Below, piece after piece: positions 1 to 10,817 of a stretch of 64,000 nt of DNA; the first letter of the stretch is position 1, and every line of letters starts with the position of its first letter. The position numbers were made by a program, and so were the translations under genes. Below the pieces are notes generated by a model. It made no database searches, was not told where the DNA came from, and saw only the letters and a program-made list of their open reading frames with translations. Source of the DNA: Candidatus Latescibacterota bacterium (GTDB taxonomy: Bacteria > Latescibacterota > UBA2968 > UBA8231); assembly GCA_965203175.1 (NCBI GenBank), contig OZ241867.1, positions 192,001 through 256,000 of the forward strand. The letters run 5' to 3'.

Positions 1-884
1 AACTCCAGGGGTGGACGCTGGTTAGCCAAGCTATCGACAAAGGACCGAAGCTGATCTTGGACCGCTTGGGTGGGATCGTCGCTGACTAGCGGCAGCCCAG
101 CCCCCACCCAAGCCCTAAATTGACCCTCGGCATCTTCGATGATCGCACTGGTCTCGTCCCAATGCAGATAGCTGAAGCTAGCGGCCGGCACGCTGAAGGA
201 CAGCGGTTCTTCGGCCTTCAGCTCCTGCAATGCTCGTTGCACCTCGGCGAGGGCAACCACCGAAGTGTCGCCACTCACGGGCAGGCCCGCCCCCTGCCAA
301 GCTGCAATGGCCTCTTGCGTATCCGTAATGACCACACGCTCCCCCTCGCAGTAGAGTCGCCCTAGGGTCTCCGGCGACCAATAAAAGGGAATAGGCGGAT
401 TCTGAATGTCCATTTCCTCAATCAGCCTGTGCAACTGAGCGGGCGAAGCAGCGGGCGCGTCCACTGCTTTGCTGCGCCAGAAGGCCCAGTCTCCCAATAA
501 GCTCCAAGTATCAATGTCCTCGGCCTGGATGATCTCGCCGCGGTGATTGGTGATGATGCGCGGGAAATCGACTTTAGTGATCACCTCGGTGAAGAGGGTG
601 GGGATTTGGCCTTCAGATGCCTGCGGCGCGAACGATATCAGGTGCGCATAGAGATCGACCCGATTCTTTTCGTGTTCGCGCAATTCGGCGATGATCGATT
701 CATTGTAGAGCAGGAAGGCCAAGATAGCGGCAATGCTGCCGAGAAAGATGTACGCGCGGAAAACCGGCGACGCGCCCAAACTGGCTAGGGCACCGCGCCG
801 CCAGCGTCGCCAACCCCCTATAGACGACGCGCGTCGCGTCGGCCGATGCCGAGTACGCGAAGGCGGTACTGCGATCTCCTCCAT
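1..884 (-). CDS. Membrane protein, probably the N-terminal sensor half of a histidine kinase; partial, runs off the window start
   Basis: Not in the ORF track because there is no stop in the window. Manual translation from ATG 884 is open to base 1: MEEIAVPP...FRAYIFLGSIAAILAFLLYNESIIAELREHEKNRVDLYAHLI... One TM helix then a coiled segment, resembling N-termini of FCB-group sensor kinases. The kinase domains are not visible, so the product is inferred. Confidence 0.6.
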   Translation of the reverse strand, partial: MEEIAVPPSRTRHRPTRRASSIGGWRRWRRGALASLGASPVFRAYIFLGSIAAILAFLLYNESIIAELREHEKNRVDLYAHLISFAPQASEGQIPTLFTEVITKVDFPRIITNHRGEIIQAEDIDTWSLLGDWAFWRSKAVDAPAASPAQLHRLIEEMDIQNPPIPFYWSPETLGRLYCEGERVVITDTQEAIAAWQGAGLPVSGDTSVVALAEVQRALQELKAEEPLSFSVPAASFSYLHWDETSAIIEDAEGQFRAWVGAGLPLVSDDPTQAVQDQLRSFVDSLANQRPPLE

Positions 885-1006
885 TGGAGCCGAGCGGCGG
901 CGGCGTTTGGACGCAGTATGGTCGCGTTGGCTCATCAGCAATAAGAAAAATCCATCGGCAGCGCATGGTGCAGATGGATTTTCACGCAAAAACGAAGTGG
1001 GGAACG

Positions 1007-1459
1007 CTATTTCTTTTGGACTTGTGGTCTAGGCTCAAACGGGTCGGGCTTTGCAGCTTCGCCGCTTGGGGCACCTGTTGCCGGCGACTCGCTCTTTTTC
1101 TGGTGGTTTTCCATCGAACAAGAACCGTGGAAAATCGCGCCCTCGGAGACCGTGAACGAGTCGGTGTACACGTCGCCGGTAAAGCGCGACTGCGTGTCCA
1201 ACCGTACCTTATCGGCGCGCACGGTGCCACTTACGACGCCGTCGATGTACGCGTCTTTGCACTGCAACGTAGCATCGGCCTCGCCCGACTGGCTGATCGT
1301 TAGCTCCCCTGTGCAGGCCAGCTCCCCCTTGAATACGCCGTCGATTCTGACGCTGTTATCCACGGTCAGCTTGCCTTCAAAGTGGCTGCCGCGGCCGATA
1401 ATTGTATTGAGCGCTTGGCCATTGCTAGCGGAAGTACCCTTCTTTTTGTTGCTCAGCAT
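1007..1459 (-). CDS. Bactofilin (polymer-forming cytoskeletal protein)
   Basis: NTIIGRGSHFEGKL...VRIDGVFKGEL...IDGVVSGTV...VSEGAIFHGSCSM beta-helix pattern; start moved to ATG 1459 behind AGGA. Confidence 0.9.
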   Translation of the reverse strand: MLSNKKKGTSASNGQALNTIIGRGSHFEGKLTVDNSVRIDGVFKGELACTGELTISQSGEADATLQCKDAYIDGVVSGTVRADKVRLDTQSRFTGDVYTDSFTVSEGAIFHGSCSMENHQKKSESPATGAPSGEAAKPDPFEPRPQVQKK

Positions 1460-1557
1460 CTCTATCCTAACTTGATTGCGCGTTTCCACGGCCCATTAGC
1501 CGCGATTTTTGGAATATACAATACAGCCTTGGGCGAATCAACAAGCGGCGCGCTGTG

Positions 1558-2733
1558 TCAATTGGCCAAGCGCTTCTTGCGCGCGGCACGCAGGGCCTTG
1601 CGGATTTCCTCCTGCTCCTGCAGTTGCTCGCTGATCACCATGGCGACTTCGCTCGTCAGGCCCTCGACCGAGGTCGTGGTAATCACCGGAATGCCGTAGG
1701 CGGCACTCGTTTCAATGAGATAGTCCTGAATTTTGAGAATATCCTCTAAGTGCTCCATATAGCGATGGGCCGAACGAGACGGGGCCTCACTAGCACGCTG
1801 GGCAAAACGATCCTCAAAGGCATCGCGACCGGGAAGTTCCAAACAGACGGGCGTGATAAAAGCATCGCCAGCATATCCATCTAAGTCCAGCATGTCGCTG
1901 ATTAGGTGCACGCCGTCGATGATGACGCTGGTATTTTCCTCAATGCAGCGGCTGATGATAGCCTTGACCCCAACGTAGACGCTGCGCGCCTGCTCGCGAA
2001 ACCCGGCGACGACTACGTCGAGATGACCAGTCGCAGGAACGGCCTTCCAGGCGGTGTACGAGGAGGTGTGCAGGGCCGGCACCAGCTCCTGTGCAAGCGT
2101 CAGGCGCATGACTTGGCGCAAATCGTCGGTAGCTACCACCCGGGGAATGTCGAGCAAATTGGCCAGCGCAATCGCCAACGTGGTCTTGCCGACCCCGCTG
2201 GCACCGCCGATGAGAATGATCAGGGGTTTATCTACATCACCCCAAGCTCGCCACAAGCGGTAGCGCTCGGCAAAAGACTTATCAAAGGACTTTTCGATCA
2301 GTTCGGCCGCCAAATCCTCCAACTCCCAGTGCGCGATGTGCTGGCGGCGCTGGTCTATCAAGCGGGCTTCAATCGTTCGCGCAATCTCGTAGCTCTGGTC
2401 CGGAGCTAGCCCAGACGCCTGAATGGAATCCGACAGCAGTTCCTTGGAGAAAGGCCGCGACCCGCTCTTGCGCTCGACGATGATGGTGGTGGGCTGGCGC
2501 TCCCAGAAAATTAGGTCGCCGACTTCGTACGTGTCGAACCCCTTGCGAATGGCACTGTTTACGAGTTGCACCATATCCTTCTTGCGCACGGACTCTACTT
2601 TGCCCAAAGACGCGCGCACGGCATTGGCCACAGCGCGGGCGTCTTCGTAGCTGAAACCGCGCTCAATTAGGTAGTGCACCAGCATCCCACGCATAAAGGG
2701 GATGCGCTTTTTGCCATCGACTATGGTTGCCAC
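1558..2733 (-). CDS. 2-phosphoglycerate kinase-like P-loop protein with two N-terminal ATP-cone domains
   Basis: IPFMRGML and RPFSKELL ATP-cone starts; GGASGVGKTT Walker A; TDDLRQVMR, LHTSSY and IIDGVH motifs of the 2-PGK family; GTG 2733 behind AAAGGGAG. Confidence 0.8.
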   Translation of the reverse strand: MATIVDGKKRIPFMRGMLVHYLIERGFSYEDARAVANAVRASLGKVESVRKKDMVQLVNSAIRKGFDTYEVGDLIFWERQPTTIIVERKSGSRPFSKELLSDSIQASGLAPDQSYEIARTIEARLIDQRRQHIAHWELEDLAAELIEKSFDKSFAERYRLWRAWGDVDKPLIILIGGASGVGKTTLAIALANLLDIPRVVATDDLRQVMRLTLAQELVPALHTSSYTAWKAVPATGHLDVVVAGFREQARSVYVGVKAIISRCIEENTSVIIDGVHLISDMLDLDGYAGDAFITPVCLELPGRDAFEDRFAQRASEAPSRSAHRYMEHLEDILKIQDYLIETSAAYGIPVITTTSVEGLTSEVAMVISEQLQEQEEIRKALRAARKKRLAN

Positions 2734-2747
2734 AATAGCGCTCCCTT

Positions 2748-3695
2748 TTATTGCCTTGCAACGTTGGAGTCTTCCCACGCCGCAATCGTCTGCTCCAATC
2801 CCTCGACAAACCCAACCCTCGGCTCGTAGCCCAACTCGGCCCGGGCGCGCGATATATCGGCTGACGAGAAGTGGATATCGCCAGCCCGAGGCGGGGCGAA
2901 CATCGGCACCAACTCGGTCCCCAAAATCTGGTTGAGCCCAGCGATCAATTCCAGCAGCGACGCACTGCGGCCGCAGCCGATATTGTATATCCGCCCGGCG
3001 ACTCCCGGCGTAGTAGCGGCCCTCATATTGGCCTCTACCACATCGCCGACATAGACAAAATCGCGCGATTGGTGACCGTCGCCGCAAACGGTTGGCGACT
3101 CGCCGACCCGCATCCGCGCGACAAAAATCGAGATGACGCCCGAGTACGGGGAAGACGGCACCTGCCGAGGGCCAAAGACATTGAAGTAGCGCAAGCCGAC
3201 CACCTCTAAGCCGTAGAGCTGGCTGTACACTCGAGCGTAGTGCTCGGCCATGACCTTGGAAACCGCGTAGGGCGACTCGGGTTCGGGCAGCATGTCCTCG
3301 CGCTTGGGCATTTGCGGATTGTTGCCATACACCGAGGCCGAACTGGGGAAAACCACGCGGCGGACCCCGGCCTGCCGCGCCGCTTCCAACAGCCGCAGCG
3401 TTCCCACGGCGTTGACTTCCTGATCAACGAGGGGCTGCTCAACTGAAGCGGGCACCGACACGATGGCTGCGTGGTGCAGGACGCAATCGACCTGCTGCAC
3501 GACCTCGGCAAGCAAGGCCGCATCGCGAATATCGCCCTCGACGAACTCTATCTCGCTTAGGATGTCGGCCAAGTTTTCGCGCCGTCCCGTGCTCAAGTCG
3601 TCGAGAACCCGCACTGCGTGTCCTTCTGCACACAAGCGCTGACACAGGTGCGAACCAATAAATCCCGCTCCGCCCGTAACCAAATACCGACCCAT
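2748..3695 (-). CDS. NAD-dependent nucleotide-sugar epimerase (GalE/WbpP-like SDR)
   Basis: VTGGAGFIGSH, SSASVYG, YAVSK (YxxxK), RYFNVFGPRQ, RDFVYV. Confidence 0.92.
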   Translation of the reverse strand: MGRYLVTGGAGFIGSHLCQRLCAEGHAVRVLDDLSTGRRENLADILSEIEFVEGDIRDAALLAEVVQQVDCVLHHAAIVSVPASVEQPLVDQEVNAVGTLRLLEAARQAGVRRVVFPSSASVYGNNPQMPKREDMLPEPESPYAVSKVMAEHYARVYSQLYGLEVVGLRYFNVFGPRQVPSSPYSGVISIFVARMRVGESPTVCGDGHQSRDFVYVGDVVEANMRAATTPGVAGRIYNIGCGRSASLLELIAGLNQILGTELVPMFAPPRAGDIHFSSADISRARAELGYEPRVGFVEGLEQTIAAWEDSNVARQ

Positions 3696-3880
3696 ATTTC
3701 CTCGCATCAAAGTTAGCTGTGCTAATATAGCAACGCCAAGGCGGCTGTGCATAACGCCTTGAGTGGCACAATCGACTTGTTGATTTTCGCTCACACTTGT
3801 ATATTTGCAAAACTCACACGAGGCGGTGTGGGAGGCCATGGCATGCGCTGTGGCCTTTTTTATTTTCTACACACTACACT

Positions 3881-5361
<1,481 letters not shown>

Positions 5362-5365
<4 letters not shown>

Positions 5366-6336
5366 TCATCGGCGGTGATGTCGGCGGCACCAAAACGTAC
5401 CTCGCCGCTTTCGACCCAGCCGCCCAAGGCTTCGACCCTCTCGTCGAGCGGCGCTACCAAACTGCGTCCTACCCCAGCGCCGGTGCGCTACTCAAGGCCT
5501 TCGCCGACGAGACTCAGATCGCCCCCAGCCGCACGGTCTTAGGCGTACCCGGCCCCGTCCATCAGCTTCCCGTCCGCGCCGTCAATCTGCCCTGGCTCAT
5601 CGATCCCAGCGAGATTTCGGCCGTGCTCAACGGCACTGACGTTCACCTGCTCAACGACCTGCAAGCGACCGCCTACGGCACCTTGGTGTTGGAGCCGGAC
5701 GACCTGTGTCCGCTCAACGAAGGGCAGCGCGACCCAAAGGGCAACATCGCCGTCATTGCCGCCGGTACCGGACTGGGCGAGGGAGGCTTGTGCTGGGCCG
5801 AGGGCCGCTACGCAGCAATCGCCTCTGAAGGGGGACACGCGACCTTTGGACCAAGTTCCGCGCTCGAAGTCGAACTTTGGCGTTTTCTCAACGAGCGCTA
5901 CGGCCACGTTAGCTGGGAACGGGTGGTCTCGGGCCAAGGCTTGGCCGCGATCTACGACTTTCTGTGCGAACGGCATCCCGACCGCACCGACGCTTCTCTG
6001 GCCCCCGAGGCCGCACAGCCCGACCGCGCCGAGGCCATCGCTCGCGCTGGCCTCGAAAGCCACTCCGCGCTGGCCGTAACAGCCCTCGACCTTTTCGCAC
6101 TCCTCTACGGCCGCGAAGCGGGGAACTTAGCGCTGAAGTTAATGTCTTCGGGAGGAGTTTTCGTCGGCGGCGGCATTGCGCCCAAAATCCTCGCCAAGCT
6201 GCGCGACGGCCGCTTTATGGAGGGCTTTATGGACAAAGGCCGCATGGGCGAGCCTCTCGCGGCCATTCCCGTCCGCGTCGTGCTCAACGACAAGACCGCG
6301 CTGCTAGGTGCTGCCTATTGGGGGGCGCAGCTTTAG
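5362..6336 (+). CDS. glk: Glucokinase
   Basis: GDVGGTKT, LLND, AGTGLG, SEGGH, ERVVSG, GGGIAPK; GTGA overlap with the zwf stop. Confidence 0.95.
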
Positions 6337-6340
6337 TCTG

Positions 6341-7540
6341 CTAGCCGAGTAATTCTTTGAGGCGATGGGCGATCTGTTCGGGCTCGCCTTCCTTGAGACA
6401 CATCGGCCCAAAAATCACCGCACCCTCGTGCACATATGTCGGGTTAGCCGCGATTGGCGGCCGACCTTCCTGTAGCGCTCTGACCAGTTCCAGCGCCGTC
6501 ATGCCCGCGGCTTCCTCATCGAGTACCAGCCGCGCCGTCGGAATCTCGGCGCGCTTGCGGTCGGCTACCACCGCGATCTCGGCGCTTCTCAGCGCTCCAC
6601 ATGCGGCCACTAGTTCCTCCATCAGCGCATACCAGCGCTGCCGCCGCGCCTCCGGGTCTTCGGCCACAAAGAGACGCAGCGCCTTCATCAACCCCGCGAT
6701 TTCCTCCTTGCCGACCTTGCAGGGCCGCCCAATGCCGTGCTGCGGGGCACCGGGTAGCTGCGACTTGTCGATCAAACTCGCCGGCGGGTCCCAAAGCTCG
6801 GGCATCACGTCGAGGTCCTGGTGTTGCAGCGCGGCCGCGGCGATCAAATCCCGCCGTCCGCACAAAATCCCCGAAGCCTGTGGTCCACCGATGGCCTTGC
6901 CGCCGCTAAAGGCGACCAAATCGGCTCCAGCGGCAATGAAGCGCTGCAAATTGCTCGCCGGTGGCAACTGCCCTGCCGCATCCACAATCACCGGCACGCC
7001 GCCCTTGCGCGCCGCGGCCACCACCTCCTCCAGTGACGGTTGCGTATGCGCGTATGCCACGTACGCGATCGCCGCCGTTCGCTCGGTGATCGCCGCCTCG
7101 ATCTCCCAACCTTCTGCATCGCGTATTCCCGCCCCGGAAAAGCGGTCGGCAATCCCCACCTCCACCAACTCGATTCCCACTGAGCGCACCGCGTGGTCGT
7201 AGAAGTTTCGGTGGCTGCGTGCCATGATTACTTCGTTCTTCATCCCGGACGTATCCGGCAAGCGGTTCATCTTCCCTGGATCCAATCCGGTCACACAAGC
7301 GGCCGTCCCCAGCAACAAGCCCGCCGCCGCCCCGCTCGTCACATACCCGGCCTCCGCGCCAGTGATCTCGGCGATAACCTCCCCAGCCCGCGCCTGCATC
7401 TGCGCTATATCCACGCAGCACTCCGAAGCCTGCCGCATGGCCTCAGCTACCTCTGGGTGCATAATCGACCCGCTCAATCGCGTCGCCGGTCCTACGGCGT
7501 TGATAATGGGATCGACTCCTAATTCTCGATATATATCCAT
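6341..7540 (-). CDS. SelA-like PLP-dependent enzyme (DgaE / aminotransferase class V-like)
   Basis: PIINAVG..TRLSGS, VTSGAAAGL, VIVDAAG, FSGGKAIGGPQASG (PLP lysine), GIGRPCKVGKEEI. Confidence 0.85.
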   Translation of the reverse strand: MDIYRELGVDPIINAVGPATRLSGSIMHPEVAEAMRQASECCVDIAQMQARAGEVIAEITGAEAGYVTSGAAAGLLLGTAACVTGLDPGKMNRLPDTSGMKNEVIMARSHRNFYDHAVRSVGIELVEVGIADRFSGAGIRDAEGWEIEAAITERTAAIAYVAYAHTQPSLEEVVAAARKGGVPVIVDAAGQLPPASNLQRFIAAGADLVAFSGGKAIGGPQASGILCGRRDLIAAAALQHQDLDVMPELWDPPASLIDKSQLPGAPQHGIGRPCKVGKEEIAGLMKALRLFVAEDPEARRQRWYALMEELVAACGALRSAEIAVVADRKRAEIPTARLVLDEEAAGMTALELVRALQEGRPPIAANPTYVHEGAVIFGPMCLKEGEPEQIAHRLKELLG

Positions 7541-7543
7541 ATT

Positions 7544-8863
7544 TTAGAACGGCCTTCCCTCGCCGTCGTAGAGTAAGCCAGGGGCCGGGAAGCGAGCGCA
7601 GAGTGCCCGCACTTCAGCCGCTACCTCGGCGTACTCCGCTTTCCGGTCGTCGAGTTCAAGCGCTTTATTGGCCCGGACCTGAGCTACCTGATCCATCCAC
7701 TCGGCCAACTGCTCCATCTCCTCGGCACCAAAGCCCCGGCTGGTAATCGCCGGCGTACCGATGCGGATGCCGCTGGGCTTGCGCGCCGGCCGCGGATCAA
7801 AGGGCACGCGATTGAAATTGCAGACGATACCCGATGCGTCCAGCGCCTTGGCCATCGCGTAACCAGTAATGCCCTTATTAGTCATGTCCATGAGGATCAG
7901 GTGGTTGTCGGTGCCGCCCGAACTGAGGGCAAAACCCCGCGCCGACAGCGCATCGGCCAAGGTCTGAGCGTTGGCGACGATCTGCTGGGCATACAGCTTA
8001 AACTCCTCGCCCATCGCCTCCTTGAGCGCCACGGCAATCGCCGCGGTGGTGCTGTTGTGCGGCCCACCCTGCAAGCCTGGGAACACCGCTTTATCGAGGG
8101 CGTCGGCGTACTGCTCCCGGCACAAAATCATCCCGCCGCGCGGCCCCCGCAGCGACTTGTGCGTAGTCGTAGTTACCACGTCCACGTGCGGCACGGGACT
8201 GGGATGCACCCCAGTGGCCACCAACCCGGCAATATGCGCGATGTCGGCAACCACGATGGCCCCCACGGAATGCCCGATCTCAGCAAAGCGCGCAAAGTCA
8301 ACAATGCGTGGATAGGCCGTGCCCCCGCAGAAGAGCAGCTTGGGCCGGTGTTCCCTAGCCAGCGCTTCGACTTGGTCGAAGTCGATTTTGCCCGAGTTCC
8401 GGCACACTCCGTATTGCACGGACTTGTAGTGCATCCCCGAGATGCTGACTCGGTCGCCGTGCGTCAGATGACCTCCGTGCGCCAGCGCCAAGCCCATGAC
8501 CGTATCGCCCGGCGAGCACAGGCCGACGTACACGGCCTGATTGGCCGGCGAGCCCGAATAGGGCTGCACATTGACGTGCTCGGCACCAAAAACTTCCTTG
8601 GCTCGCTCGACGCACAGCCGCTCGATCTTATCAATTTCTCGCTGGCCTTCGTAGTAGCGCGCGCCTGCGTACCCTTCGGAGTACTTATTCGTCAGAATTG
8701 AACCGCTGGCTTCGAGTACGGCTTGACTGGCGTAGTTTTCAGATGGGATCAGGCGAATTTTGTTGTGTTGACGCCTGTTTTCAGCGCGAATGATGGCCTC
8801 GACTTCTGGGTCCACTGCTGCCAGCGTCCCCACGATTTCGGGCCGCACCGCCACTGCCTCCAT
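7544..8863 (-). CDS. glyA: Serine hydroxymethyltransferase
   Basis: LIPSEN, NKYSEGY, HGGHLTHG, TTTHKSLRGPRGG, FPGLQGGP, SGIRIGTPAITSRG; ATG 8863 behind GGAGG. Confidence 0.96.
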   Translation of the reverse strand: MEAVAVRPEIVGTLAAVDPEVEAIIRAENRRQHNKIRLIPSENYASQAVLEASGSILTNKYSEGYAGARYYEGQREIDKIERLCVERAKEVFGAEHVNVQPYSGSPANQAVYVGLCSPGDTVMGLALAHGGHLTHGDRVSISGMHYKSVQYGVCRNSGKIDFDQVEALAREHRPKLLFCGGTAYPRIVDFARFAEIGHSVGAIVVADIAHIAGLVATGVHPSPVPHVDVVTTTTHKSLRGPRGGMILCREQYADALDKAVFPGLQGGPHNSTTAAIAVALKEAMGEEFKLYAQQIVANAQTLADALSARGFALSSGGTDNHLILMDMTNKGITGYAMAKALDASGIVCNFNRVPFDPRPARKPSGIRIGTPAITSRGFGAEEMEQLAEWMDQVAQVRANKALELDDRKAEYAEVAAEVRALCARFPAPGLLYDGEGRPF

Positions 8864-8890
8864 TGGTTTTGTCCTCCCCAGCGCGTTTGT

Positions 8891-8921
8891 TAATTTTGGT
8901 GTGAACAGCTTACAAAAATTA
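8891..8921. promoter_or_regulatory. AT-rich imperfect inverted repeat in the divergent glyA/xylulokinase intergenic region (candidate operator)
   Basis: TAATTTTGGT-N11-ACAAAAATTA, 9 of 10 arm positions complementary. Confidence 0.35.
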
Positions 8922-8936
8922 CGGCGGAGCATTTCC

Positions 8937-10505
8937 ATGAGCAAGTATTTGGGCATCGACTCTAGTACCCAATCCATCACCGGCCTACTCATCGACGCAG
9001 AGCAGCGCGCCATCGTCGCCGAAGCGTCCATCAACTTCGACGAGCACTTCAAAGCCACTTATGGAGTCGTCAATGGCGTCCTCGACCTCGGTGAGGGCGT
9101 TGTCCACAGTGTGCCCCTGATGTGGGCCGAAGCGCTGGACCTGCTCCTGCAAACGCTCGCCGACCAAGGCCACGATCTCGGCGCAGTGCAAGCCATCGCC
9201 GGCAGCGGCCAACAGCACGGCACCGTTTATCTCAACGCCTGTGGCGGCCCAGTCCTAGCGCGTCTGTCGCCCAGCCAGCCGCTCAAAGACCAGCTAGCCG
9301 CCATCTTCGCCCGCCCAACTTCTCCCATTTGGATGGATACTTCCACGGCCTCGCAATGCGCCGAGATTGAAGCGGGCGTCGGTGGGCGCGATGCACTCCT
9401 CGCGCTCACGGGCAACGCGGCCTTTGAGCGCTTCAGCGGGCCGCAGGTCCGCAAATTTTACCAAACCGAACCCGCTGCTTACGCGGATACGACGTATATC
9501 GGCTTGGTCAGCTCCTACGTCGCCAGCCTGCTCGCTGGTCGGCTCGTTGGCGTTGACCTCGGTGACGGCAGCGGCACCAACATGATGAACATTGCCGCGC
9601 GCCAGTGGAGCACGCACGCGCTCGACGCGACCGCCCCCGGCCTAGCCGCCAAACTCCTGCCCATCGCCCCCTCGGGCCAGCCCGTCGGCTCCATCAGCCC
9701 TTATTACGTGGGTCGCTACGGCTTTGCGGACGACTGCCTTGTGCTGCCCTTTTCCGGCGACAATCCGTGCAGCCTCATCGGCCTCGGCCTCGTCGCCCCA
9801 GGGCAAGTCGCCCTGAGCTTGGGCACCTCAGACACTTTGTTCGCCTGCATGGACCAGCCGCGCACTTCCGCAGCCGGCGAGGGCGCGGTCTTCGCCTCAC
9901 CCGACGGCACGCACTATATGGCCCTGACTTGCTATCTCAACGGCAGCTTGGCCCGCGAAGCCGTGCGCGATCAATACGGCATGAATTGGAATCAGTTCAC
10001 CAGTGCCCTACGCGCCACGCCGCCGGGCAACAACGGTGCGCTCATGCTCCCTTACTTCGCGCCAGAAATCGTCCCCAAAGTCCCCCAACCCAACGTCATC
10101 CGCCAAAACCTCGAACCCGACGACGCACCAGCCAATGTCCGCGCCGTCATCGAGGCCCAAGCCCTTTCCTCGCGCATTCACGCGCGTTGGATGAGAGTAG
10201 AAATTTCCTCGCTCTACGTCACCGGCGGCGCTTCGGCCAACGCCGAAATCCTGCGCGTCTTCGCCAACGTCCACAACTGTCCAGTTCATCGCTTCGAGAC
10301 GACCAATTCAGCGGCCCTAGGCGCGGCCTTGCGCGCGGCCCACGCTCACCAATCCTCAGCCGGCCACGCACCTTCGTGGGCGGAAGTTGTCGAGCCATTT
10401 GCACAGCCGGTCGCCGGATCGACCATCGAACCAGAACCAATAGCCGTAGCCGAGTACGACGAACTCATCGGCCAGTACGCCGCTTTAGAGCAAGCACACA
10501 CTTAG
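8937..10505 (+). CDS. xylB: FGGY-family xylulokinase (eukaryotic XYLB/Xks1-like subfamily)
   Basis: LGIDSSTQS, GSGQQHGTVY, PIWMD.ST, ERFSGPQVRK, GDNP, LSLGTSDT, NGSLARE, TGGAS.N. Confidence 0.85.
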   Translation: MSKYLGIDSSTQSITGLLIDAEQRAIVAEASINFDEHFKATYGVVNGVLDLGEGVVHSVPLMWAEALDLLLQTLADQGHDLGAVQAIAGSGQQHGTVYLNACGGPVLARLSPSQPLKDQLAAIFARPTSPIWMDTSTASQCAEIEAGVGGRDALLALTGNAAFERFSGPQVRKFYQTEPAAYADTTYIGLVSSYVASLLAGRLVGVDLGDGSGTNMMNIAARQWSTHALDATAPGLAAKLLPIAPSGQPVGSISPYYVGRYGFADDCLVLPFSGDNPCSLIGLGLVAPGQVALSLGTSDTLFACMDQPRTSAAGEGAVFASPDGTHYMALTCYLNGSLAREAVRDQYGMNWNQFTSALRATPPGNNGALMLPYFAPEIVPKVPQPNVIRQNLEPDDAPANVRAVIEAQALSSRIHARWMRVEISSLYVTGGASANAEILRVFANVHNCPVHRFETTNSAALGAALRAAHAHQSSAGHAPSWAEVVEPFAQPVAGSTIEPEPIAVAEYDELIGQYAALEQAHT

Positions 10506-10663
10506 GGCGCAGTACAACACAAAAAAGATCGAGTTATATGCTAGGCCCGTCGGCATCTAAAATGGGTACTGGAAACGCAATGTTGATCAAACGGGTTTGT
10601 TATTAACGAACATAGTGGACAAGGCAACAACTCGGCTTGGTAGCTCGATGTAGAAGAAGCCGC

Positions 10664-10697
10664 TTGACACAGGGCCTTTTTTTCAACTATATATCAT
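10664..10697 (+). promoter_or_regulatory. Possible sigma70-type promoter upstream of the envelope cluster
   Basis: Perfect TTGACA at 10664-10669 followed by AT-rich TATATATCAT 18 nt downstream; -10 assignment is imperfect. Confidence 0.4.
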
Positions 10698-10817
10698 ATT
10701 TTTCACCACCTTGCGATGTCGCGAGCCCTGTATAAGACGGACATTCACAAGGTTGTAATACTGCTCTATGATCATTGAATTGGCTGCGACAAAAAGAGCG
10801 CAGGTTTGCGCGGACAG

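Noticed and set aside
2734-3087. N-terminal extension of the 509-aa ORF 1558..3087
   Set aside because: Overlaps the epimerase gene in another frame; a good RBS and GTG lie at 2733.
6341-7540. Selenocysteine synthase SelA
   Set aside because: Lacks the SelA N-terminal region and no selB, selC or selD is nearby; it fits the shorter SelA-like PLP family.
8790-9058. Apparent head-to-head overlap of glyA and the xylulokinase ORFs
   Set aside because: Artefact of longest-ORF starts; the RBS-supported starts at 8863 and 8937 do not overlap.
10595-10611. Short palindrome GTTTGTTA-T-TAACGAAC in the AT-rich intergenic region
   Set aside because: Single imperfect copy with no recognisable consensus; could be chance.
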